Source of the DNA: Aquificaceae bacterium
GTDB taxonomy: Bacteria; Aquificota; Aquificia; Aquificales; Aquificaceae
Length of the DNA stretch: 19,695 nt
Direction of reading: 5' to 3'
Assembly (NCBI GenBank): GCA_037924335.1
Contig: JAXSMZ010000028.1
Location: forward strand, 1 to 19,695
The stretch's first letter is position 1. Each line of letters opens with the position of its first letter. The position numbers were made by a program, and so were the translations under genes. Positions 1 to 6,724 of the stretch are shown here, one piece after another. The notes beneath the pieces are model-generated. The model saw only the letters and a program-made list of their open reading frames with translations, did no database searches and had not been told where the DNA came from.

Positions 1-309
1 CACATATATGTCTTCCGTCATAAGCTGTCCAGAGAGGTAAAAATAGACTTCTTCTGGGCTTAGGCTTTTCAACTTTGAGGAAATTATGCTGTATGCTATC
101 TCCCAGTCTATTTCCTTGAAAGAGCCTCTTTTGCTTTCTCTAAAGAGAGGTCTTAAAAGCCTATCCTTGTGCATAACCTTTGGATAGTAAAGTGGCTTTT
201 GACATACATCTCCTTTAGATGCCATATGGTCTTTGTCACCCCTTACCCTCCCACCATCATAGAGAAGGCCACAACCAACACCACAGTATGGACACTGAAA
301 GGCTTTCAT
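1..309 (-). CDS. narB: Assimilatory nitrate reductase catalytic subunit (NarB/NasA-type molybdopterin oxidoreductase), N-terminal 103 aa; runs off the window edge
   Basis: Not in the ORF track. Manual translation from ATG at 309 gives MKAFQCPYCGVGCGLLYDGGRVRGDKDHMASKGDVCQKPLYYPKVMHKDRLLRPLFRE...FYLSGQLMTEDIYV. It has the CPYCGVGC...CxK [4Fe-4S] motif, RLxxP and SGQxxTEDxY. It starts 1 nt after the transporter stop and is open to position 1. Confidence 0.93.
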   Translation of the reverse strand, partial: MKAFQCPYCGVGCGLLYDGGRVRGDKDHMASKGDVCQKPLYYPKVMHKDRLLRPLFRESKRGSFKEIDWEIAYSIISSKLKSLSPEEVYFYLSGQLMTEDIYV

Positions 310-310
310 C

Positions 311-1735
311 TTAGTCTCCCTTGTAAACAAGATCCATCACCACCCTCCCGTTGGGAGCTATGCCTACAAGCATATCCTTTTCGTAATCATACCTCACATG
401 AGCCCATTCCATCCACTGGCTATGCACAAGCCTTAGCAGAACCAAAGCAGTTAAGGCTACCATTGAAAAGAGAAAAAAGCCTGCAGAGTAAGAACCGGTT
501 GTCTCCTTTACTATACCTAAGATGGTGGGAAGGTAAAAACCTCCAAAACCGCCGGCTGCGCCTATAATTCCAGCCATAATACCCCTTGCCCTTGGCCATC
601 TATGGGGTACAAGCTGGAAGGTCGCCCCATTGCCAAGTCCGAAGAAGGCGAAGATTACAAGAATGGCAATTACACCAAGAATGGGAGGGAGATTAAACAG
701 GGATAGTATCATATAGGTGCTGGATATACCAAAAAGTATAAAGATTAAAGCTCTAACACCACTTATCATATCAGCAATAAAGCCACCAAAGGGCCTTATA
801 AAGGCTCCCATAAAAGCAAAGAGGGACATTAAGGCTCCAGCCTGTAGCTTTGAAAAACCATACTGATCAATAAGATAAAGGCTTACGTAAGAGGACATAC
901 CCACAAAACCACCAAAGGTTATGCTGTATATGAGGACCATAAGCCATGTATCCCTTTCAAGAAACACTCTTCTGTATCTGTTTGGTAGAAAAGAAAGCAC
1001 AAAGGCGCTTCCTATAAATGGAAGTAAAAGCAGGGCTTCTTTACCTTTTATACCAAGCCAGCCTCTCTCAAGGGCCGGGACCAAAAAGATCATAAACAGG
1101 ATGGTTATAACAAAGACAAGGATGGAATAAGTTCCCTTGCCTTCTTTTTCCCCTTTATCCTTTGACCAGAAGAAGACCACCAAAAAGGTTATTATCAATA
1201 AAAGCCCCGCTATAGCCATAGTTTCCTTCCAACCAAAGAGCTTTGCCAAAGGTGGGAAAAGAACGCCGTCAAGCACAGCCCCTATGTTTCCAGCCGCAGC
1301 AAGCCCCAATACAAGACCTTGCACCTCTCTTGGGTAATTGCTACCAGCCATAGGAAGGGCCACGGCAAAGCTAGCTCCACCCATACCCAAAAGTACACCC
1401 AAAAGGAGAAGCACCGAGTAATCACCCAAATAGTATGGAAACAGAAGAGCAAAGAGGGATGGGATGCTGGAAAGGATTATGCCAGCCAAGGCTGTCTTCC
1501 TTCCATCTACGGACTGGTAGAGATAGCCTAAGTTTATCCTAAATATGGCGGCGGAAAGAACGGGCACAGCCACAAGAAAGCCCTTTTGTACAGGGGAAAG
1601 GTTCAGCTCTTGGGCTATAAAGGGTGCCAAGGCACCAAGCAGAAGCCATATGCTAAAGCCCGTATCAAAGTACAAAAAGGATGCAAAAAGGGCCTTCGGA
1701 TTGCCAGACTTTATAGCTTCTATGATACGTCTCAT
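311..1735 (-). CDS. MFS nitrate/nitrite porter (NNP family, NarK/NasA-like)
   Basis: Nitrate signature GGASFAVALPMAGSNYP..QGLVLGLAAAGNIG, YSITFGGFVG and GLGNGATFQLVP. Both conserved substrate Arg residues are present (AIFRINLG, AFIRPFGG). RBS AAGGAGGT lies at 1741-1748 (minus). Confidence 0.92.
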   Translation of the reverse strand: MRRIIEAIKSGNPKALFASFLYFDTGFSIWLLLGALAPFIAQELNLSPVQKGFLVAVPVLSAAIFRINLGYLYQSVDGRKTALAGIILSSIPSLFALLFPYYLGDYSVLLLLGVLLGMGGASFAVALPMAGSNYPREVQGLVLGLAAAGNIGAVLDGVLFPPLAKLFGWKETMAIAGLLLIITFLVVFFWSKDKGEKEGKGTYSILVFVITILFMIFLVPALERGWLGIKGKEALLLLPFIGSAFVLSFLPNRYRRVFLERDTWLMVLIYSITFGGFVGMSSYVSLYLIDQYGFSKLQAGALMSLFAFMGAFIRPFGGFIADMISGVRALIFILFGISSTYMILSLFNLPPILGVIAILVIFAFFGLGNGATFQLVPHRWPRARGIMAGIIGAAGGFGGFYLPTILGIVKETTGSYSAGFFLFSMVALTALVLLRLVHSQWMEWAHVRYDYEKDMLVGIAPNGRVVMDLVYKGD

Positions 1736-1753
1736 TTCATACCTCCTTGCTAT

Positions 1754-2209
1754 TTAGAACTTTTTGTAATGAAGCCACTTACCATTGAGACTTAGTAGCA
1801 TTCTTGAAACGCCTGAGGGTTCTTCTATTCTTTGAACATCTATTGACATATCTATGGCACTCATAATACCATCACCAAAAAGTTCATGAGCAACGTCTTT
1901 AATAACAGGGCCATAAAGCATGACTACTTCATAAAGTCTGTATACAAAAGGGTCTGTGGGAGGCCATGGTTGAGAAGGAATCCTGTAGGGAGCTTTAGTT
2001 AAAACCTTTTTAACTTCTTCCGGTACTCCTAGAACATCTATCAATTTACTTGCCTCTTTTTCTGTTGCTTGCCCATAGCCGTATACAAGCATGGCTGTGT
2101 ATACGGGGCTTAGACCCATGACCTTGGCCAACTGGTCCCATGTCAAACCCTTTTCATCCTTTGCTGAAAGCAGTAAATTCCTTACATCTTCTCTTGTGTA
2201 TAGCTTCAT
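1754..2209 (-). CDS. cynS: Cyanase (cyanate hydratase)
   Basis: PTDPFVYRLYE (catalytic Arg/Glu), HELFGDGIMSAID (catalytic Ser), C-terminal GKWLHY and an N-terminal HTH-like domain; 151 aa. Confidence 0.97.
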   Translation of the reverse strand: MKLYTREDVRNLLLSAKDEKGLTWDQLAKVMGLSPVYTAMLVYGYGQATEKEASKLIDVLGVPEEVKKVLTKAPYRIPSQPWPPTDPFVYRLYEVVMLYGPVIKDVAHELFGDGIMSAIDMSIDVQRIEEPSGVSRMLLSLNGKWLHYKKF

Positions 2210-2535
2210 CTAATAACTCCAAGCTCTCTTTTCTTTGTCCTTATGGTCCAAACATCTTCAAGCTGACAGATAAAAACCTTTCCATCTCCAAACATACCAG
2301 TATGGGCATGCCTTATTATAATGTCCACTACCTTGTCCGAATGCTCATCCTCAACTGCTATCATTATTAGAGTCTTTGAAAGCTCATCGTAGCTTTTGTC
2401 TCCTACTTGAATACCACCCTCCATTCCTCTTCCCACCACATCCATCACCGTTATACCCTTAAAACCTTCCTTTTCTAAAGCTTTCATAACTTCATAAAGC
2501 TTCTCCGGTCTTATTATAGCCTTTATCATCTTCAT
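2206..2535 (-). CDS. P-II family nitrogen regulator, NifI1-like
   Basis: MKMIKAIIRPEKL, DVVGRG, a short T-loop ending YDELSK, HTGMFGDGKVF and WTIRT. Start moved to ATG 2535 because of RBS GGAGGT at 2541-2546 and the ATGA overlap with the upstream stop. Confidence 0.92.
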   Translation of the reverse strand: MKMIKAIIRPEKLYEVMKALEKEGFKGITVMDVVGRGMEGGIQVGDKSYDELSKTLIMIAVEDEHSDKVVDIIIRHAHTGMFGDGKVFICQLEDVWTIRTKKRELGVIR

Positions 2536-2822
2536 GACCAACCTCCTATCACAAAGATCTTTCCATCGCCATAAAAGCCCGTATGGGCTATCTCCATGAT
2601 CTTCTCCACCACCTCCTCATAGAGGGCATCTTCCACCCAGGTAAGGATAAGGGTTTTTGGAAGAAGGGACATAATAACTCCTTTCTTTGTTTTGTACCCC
2701 AATCCCCCCTCCTTACCCCTTCCTTTTACGGTTTTGGATACATAATCAAGCCCTATAGATGAGAGGAAGTTTTTTACTTCCGTGCTTTTTTCCCTTCTGA
2801 CTATTGCCATAAGCTCCTTCAT
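2532..2822 (-). CDS. P-II family protein, NifI2-like, C-terminally short (96 aa)
   Basis: MKELMAIVRREK, VKGRGK, LLPK and HTGFYGDGKIFV. It ends before the usual C-loop RxRTGE. ATGA overlaps with both neighbours. Confidence 0.88.
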   Translation of the reverse strand: MKELMAIVRREKSTEVKNFLSSIGLDYVSKTVKGRGKEGGLGYKTKKGVIMSLLPKTLILTWVEDALYEEVVEKIMEIAHTGFYGDGKIFVIGGWS

Positions 2823-3247
2823 TGTGTGCCTCCTTTGACTTCCTCAAGGCATGCGTAAAGTTTTTTCTCTTTGCTGATTAATACATCAGCTAAAAACCAA
2901 TAGGCTTCCTTCCATGCCTCAATAAGGTCTTGGCTAACATCCATTTCAACCATGGCTTGGTAAAGGGCATCCCAAACCTTAGGGTAGTGTTCAGGCTTTA
3001 CACCAGCCTTTGTATGGGCAAGCGCCATTGTGTTTATGGCTGGTTTCAGTACGTTCAGTCTTTCCAGATTTTGGGCAAAGGCAAGCAAAGCACTGGCAAG
3101 CTTTTTAGAGTTATCACTTTCAAACATGCTCCTAAGCTCTGGGTCTTTTTCAAAGAGTATCTGGTACATGCGAGAGGTTAGCTTCTCACCATTAGACTGC
3201 AAAAAAGGTATGCTCCTTCTTATGGCCACCTTTGTTTCTTCCCGCAT
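2819..3247 (-). CDS. Single-domain 3/3 globin (Vitreoscilla hemoglobin/thermoglobin-like, flavohemoglobin globin domain without reductase)
   Basis: B10 Tyr (RMYQILF), CD1 Phe (PELRSMF), proximal F8 His (MALAH), GVKPEHYP, AWKEAY and terminal KEKKLY. RBS AAGGAGGT at 3256-3263 (minus). Confidence 0.93.
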   Translation of the reverse strand: MREETKVAIRRSIPFLQSNGEKLTSRMYQILFEKDPELRSMFESDNSKKLASALLAFAQNLERLNVLKPAINTMALAHTKAGVKPEHYPKVWDALYQAMVEMDVSQDLIEAWKEAYWFLADVLISKEKKLYACLEEVKGGTQ

Positions 3248-3274
3248 TGATGTTTACCTCCTTAACCTACTGTA

Positions 3275-3291
3275 TGCAAATCTCATACCAA
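3275..3291 (-). promoter_or_regulatory. sigma54 (-24/-12) promoter for the globin-PII-PII-cynS-transporter-narB operon
   Basis: The minus strand reads TTGGTATGAGATTTGCA, an exact GG-N10-GC spacing with TTGC. The predicted start (~3264) lies just upstream of the RBS. Confidence 0.8.
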
Positions 3292-3341
3292 GGGCGTAGG
3301 AGCGTAGAAGGCTGGCACCAACTTGTTTTTTTTATAAAAGC

Positions 3342-3393
3342 TATGCTTACATTATTGTAAAATTGCATACAATAATGTAATATTGTAAGCATA
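3342..3393. promoter_or_regulatory. Palindromic upstream activator/operator site shared by the divergent promoters
   Basis: Perfect inverted repeat TTACATTATTGTA (3347-3359) - 8 nt - TACAATAATGTAA (3368-3380), with core TGT-N10-ACA (also GTA-N8-TAC). A second inverted pair is TATGCTTACA (3342-3351) / TGTAAGCATA (3384-3393). Confidence 0.72.
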
Positions 3394-3449
3394 ATAGAGA
3401 GGTGGCTTAGACCAAAGGCATAAAATCCAAGGGTTTTAAAAAACCCCGA

Positions 3450-3466
3450 TTGGCAACATCTTTGCA
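3450..3466 (+). promoter_or_regulatory. sigma54 (-24/-12) promoter for the nitrite reductase gene
   Basis: TTGGCAACATCTTTGCA is TGGCA-N6-TTGCA with exact GG-N10-GC spacing. The predicted start (~3477) precedes RBS AGGAGGT at 3478-3484. Confidence 0.85.
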
Positions 3467-3488
3467 CGGATGGAGGTAGGAGGTGTCT

Positions 3489-6335
3489 ATGAAGGTTATA
3501 GTTGTGGGAAACGGTATGGCAAGCACCGCTTTAGTTGAGGAGCTCACAAGGCTAAACGGAGATGTTAATGTACATGTTTTTGGTGAAGAGAAGACTTTAA
3601 GCTACAACAGGATACACTTGGCGGATGTTCTCAGCGGTAAAAAGCTTTTTAGCCAAATAGTAATAAACAGGTGGAGCTATTACGAAGAGCAAGGGATAAG
3701 GCTTCATACAGGCAGTAAGGTTGAGAAAGTATTCCCCTGGAAGAAGCTTTTGCTTACTTCTGATGGAAGGCTTTATCCCTACGACAAGCTGGTTATAGCC
3801 ACTGGAAGCCTTCCCAGAGTGCCACCCATAAAGGGTGTGGATAAGAGAGGGGTCTTTACCTTTAGGAGCATAAAGGATGTGTATGGCATAATGGAGCTGG
3901 CAAGGGTTTCAAAAAAAGCTGTGGTTATAGGTGGTGGGCTCCTTGGCATTGAGTGTGCAAAGGCTTTAAAAGATATTAGCCTTGATGTTTATCTGGTCCA
4001 TCTTTTTGACGTGCTTATGGAACAGTACATTGACAGAACAGCCAGCGATATGCTGAGAAAAAGCCTTGAGGACTTTGGTATAAAGGTTTTGCTTTCAAAA
4101 AGGACAGAGGAGATTATCGGAGACAGAAAGGTTAGCCATGTGAGGTTTTCCGATGGAGAAGAGATAAAGACGGATATGGTCATAATAGCCACAGGCGTGG
4201 TGCCCAATGTGGAGCTGGCAAAAAACTCTGGTATAAGGGTGGATAGGGGTGTGCTTGTAAATGATTTTCTTGAAACATCGGAGCAGGATGTATACGCCAT
4301 AGGCGATTGTATACAGCACAGAGGAAAGACTTACGGGCTTTTGGCTTACATAATGGATCAGGTTAAGATTTGTGCCAAAAACCTCCTGTATGGCAATGTG
4401 GAAAGGTACGAAGGATCCTTAAGCTATGCCATCTTAAAGGTGGCTGGGGTAAGGCTTATGTCGGTGGGAGAGGTGCAGGAAAGGGAAGAGGATGAGGTGA
4501 TCCTCTTTAAAGACAACTCCAGGTATAGAAAGGCCATTGTAAGGGATGGTAGGCTTTTGGGTGCCATACTGCTTGGAGACTTGGCAGGAAGTGAAAGCCT
4601 TTTGGAACTTATAAGGACAGGGAAAAGCGTGGAAAACATAAAGCCCCACTTCCTTATAAAGGACCTCATCAAGGAAGAGGTAAAACTTACCTTCAAGCCG
4701 GAAGACATTGTATGCAGCTGCAACGCTGTATCTTACGGAAGGATACTTGAGGCCATTAAAAGTGGAGCTAAAACCGTTGAGGACCTTCAAAATCTTACAA
4801 AAGCTTCCACTTCCTGCGGTGGATGTATGCCCCTTCTTGAAGGCATACTAAAAGAGCATGTAAAGGTAAAGCCAGTAAGAATAAACAAGGTGGAAGAGTA
4901 CAAAAGAAGCAGGCATCCCTTTGATATTAAGCTAAGGGAAAGGCTTGAGGTTTGGGCAAGGGAGCATGGAAATTGGCAAAGGGTGCCAGAGGAAGATAGG
5001 GAGTATGGGCTAAAGTGGTACGGTATCTTTTACAGAAAAGCCACACCGGGCTATTTTATGGTTAGGATTAGGATAACCCATGGAAAGCTAAACGCAGACC
5101 AAGCAAAGATCATAGCATACCTCTCTAAGAAGTTTGGAAGAAACCAGATAGACCTCACCTCAAGAGAACAGATACAGCTAAGATGGATAGAGCTGAAAGA
5201 CCTTCCAGAGGTCCTATTAGCTATAGAAAGAGTGGGGCTTACAACCTTACAAACAGGCATGGACAACGTAAGAAACATTACAGGAGACCCCCTATCGGGC
5301 CTTGCAGAAGACTCAATTATTGACACCATCCCTATAAGCAAGAGGATAACGGAGCTTTTCCTAGGCAAAAGGCAGTATGCGGACCTTCCAAGGAAGTTTA
5401 ACCTGGGCTTGGTGGGGTCAAAGACGGATAGCATAAACTGCAAATATAACGACCTTTGCTTTTACATGGCAAAGAAGGACAACATCTATGGCTTTAATGT
5501 TTATGCAGGTGGTAAAGTAGGCTCTGGTGGTCCTGTGGAGGCTCTTGATTTAAACATCTTTGTCCTACCCTACGAAGCCACAGATATAACAAAGGCTGTG
5601 CTTGAGATATATTCAGACATGGGCAACAGGGAGGACAGGACAAAGAACAGGCTTTACTTCTTGATAGAAGAGTTGGGTGTGGAGGGTTTTAGAAGTGAGA
5701 TAGAAAGAAGGCTTTTAAGGAACCTATGGAGAAAGGGTGAGGACTTGGTAGAGAGGGTGGGCGAAAGGACTGGAGTAATCAGGCAGAAGAATGGTCTCTA
5801 TGCGGTTAGCCTAATGGTGCCTGCAGGCATCTTTACAGGAGAGGATTTAGAAAGGCTGGCACACCTTTCAAGGAAATACGGAAGCGGTGAGATAAGGCTG
5901 TCCGTTTATCAAAACCTATACCTTGTAAACATACCAGAGGAACACTTGGAAGACCTACTTTCTGAACCTATCTTCAGCAAGTATCCTATCAACGCCTCCC
6001 CATACCTTACAGGGCTTATAGCCTGTCAAGGAAGTGAGACCTGCGCCTTTGGAGTCATTGAAAACAAACCGGATGCCTTAAGGCTTGTACATTACCTTTC
6101 CCAAAAGATACCAACCTACATACCCTTACGCATGCACTGGTCCGGCTGTGCCAAGGGTTGTGGACAGCATGGTTCTGGAGACCTTGGCTTTGTGGGTACA
6201 AAGGTAAAGGTAAACGGAGAGGTCAAGCTGGCTGTGGATGTTTTCTTAAAAGGAAAGAAGGTCCAAACCATTCCCCTTGACAACTTGGAGGATTCTACGG
6301 AAGAGTTGGTGCGTAGCTTAATCAAAAGCACATAA
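3489..6335 (+). CDS. nirB: Assimilatory siroheme nitrite reductase: NAD(P)H/FAD module + BFD-like [2Fe-2S] + NirA-type catalytic body
   Basis: FAD motif VVGNGMA, ATGS, NAD motif VIGGGLLGIE and YAIGDC; BFD motif CSCN...CGGC; LKWYG, FMVRIR, TGMDNVRN and LPRKFN; siroheme/[4Fe-4S] Cys in CQGSETC and SGCAKGC. Start set to ATG 3489 because of the RBS. Confidence 0.93.
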   Translation: MKVIVVGNGMASTALVEELTRLNGDVNVHVFGEEKTLSYNRIHLADVLSGKKLFSQIVINRWSYYEEQGIRLHTGSKVEKVFPWKKLLLTSDGRLYPYDKLVIATGSLPRVPPIKGVDKRGVFTFRSIKDVYGIMELARVSKKAVVIGGGLLGIECAKALKDISLDVYLVHLFDVLMEQYIDRTASDMLRKSLEDFGIKVLLSKRTEEIIGDRKVSHVRFSDGEEIKTDMVIIATGVVPNVELAKNSGIRVDRGVLVNDFLETSEQDVYAIGDCIQHRGKTYGLLAYIMDQVKICAKNLLYGNVERYEGSLSYAILKVAGVRLMSVGEVQEREEDEVILFKDNSRYRKAIVRDGRLLGAILLGDLAGSESLLELIRTGKSVENIKPHFLIKDLIKEEVKLTFKPEDIVCSCNAVSYGRILEAIKSGAKTVEDLQNLTKASTSCGGCMPLLEGILKEHVKVKPVRINKVEEYKRSRHPFDIKLRERLEVWAREHGNWQRVPEEDREYGLKWYGIFYRKATPGYFMVRIRITHGKLNADQAKIIAYLSKKFGRNQIDLTSREQIQLRWIELKDLPEVLLAIERVGLTTLQTGMDNVRNITGDPLSGLAEDSIIDTIPISKRITELFLGKRQYADLPRKFNLGLVGSKTDSINCKYNDLCFYMAKKDNIYGFNVYAGGKVGSGGPVEALDLNIFVLPYEATDITKAVLEIYSDMGNREDRTKNRLYFLIEELGVEGFRSEIERRLLRNLWRKGEDLVERVGERTGVIRQKNGLYAVSLMVPAGIFTGEDLERLAHLSRKYGSGEIRLSVYQNLYLVNIPEEHLEDLLSEPIFSKYPINASPYLTGLIACQGSETCAFGVIENKPDALRLVHYLSQKIPTYIPLRMHWSGCAKGCGQHGSGDLGFVGTKVKVNGEVKLAVDVFLKGKKVQTIPLDNLEDSTEELVRSLIKST

Positions 6336-6339
6336 CTTA

Positions 6340-6348
6340 TGTTATAAT
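6340..6348 (+). promoter_or_regulatory. Extended -10 (TGnTATAAT) sigma70 promoter for rplT-pheS
   Basis: TGTTATAAT at 6340-6348, followed by RBS GGAGGT (6355-6360) and ATG 6365. Confidence 0.6.
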
Positions 6349-6364
6349 TTAGTTGGAGGTACAC

Positions 6365-6724
6365 ATGAGAGTAAAGGGACCATCTTCGAGAAAGTTTAAA
6401 AAGAAGATACTCAAGCTTGCTAAAGGCTTTAGAGGTCAGAGGAAAAACGTATACAGAAGGGCTAAAGAGTACGTTTTTAGGGCTTTGCAGTATCAGTACA
6501 GGGACAGAAGGCAGAGAAAAAGAGAGTTTAGAAGGCTCTGGATTGCAAGGATAAACGCAGCTTCAAGGCTTAGTGGCATATCTTACAGTAAGTTTATGGC
6601 AGGTTTAAGAAAGGCTGGAATAGAGGTCAACAGAAAAGTTTTGGCTGATATGGCCGTTAGAGACCCAGAGGGCTTTGCTCAGATAGTAAGCAAGGCAAAG
6701 GCAGCCCTTTCCCAAACCTTATGA
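6365..6724 (+). CDS. rplT: 50S ribosomal protein L20
   Basis: MRVKG...[33 protein letters not shown] and [10 protein letters not shown]. Start at ATG 6365 after GGAGGT. Confidence 0.98.
   Translation: MRVKGPSSRKFKKKILKLAKGFRGQRKNVYRRAKEYVFRALQYQYRDRRQRKREFRRLWIARINAASRLSGISYSKFMAGLRKAGIEVNRKVLADMAVRDPEGFAQIVSKAKAALSQTL

Noticed and set aside
169..567. 132-aa plus-strand ORF and the other short ORFs antisense to the nitrogen operon
   Set aside because: They are shadows of well-supported minus-strand genes (nitrate reductase, transporter, cynS, P-II, globin) and have no recognisable motifs or RBS.
3313..3328. TGGCACCAACTTG resembling a sigma54 -24 box or an NtrC half-site
   Set aside because: There is no GC at the required 10-nt spacing and no matching TGGTGC half-site.
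3267..3467. 66-aa minus-strand ORF in the divergent spacer (possible leader peptide)
   Set aside because: It lies upstream of the predicted sigma54 start and runs across the palindromic operator; the sequence is better explained as regulatory DNA.
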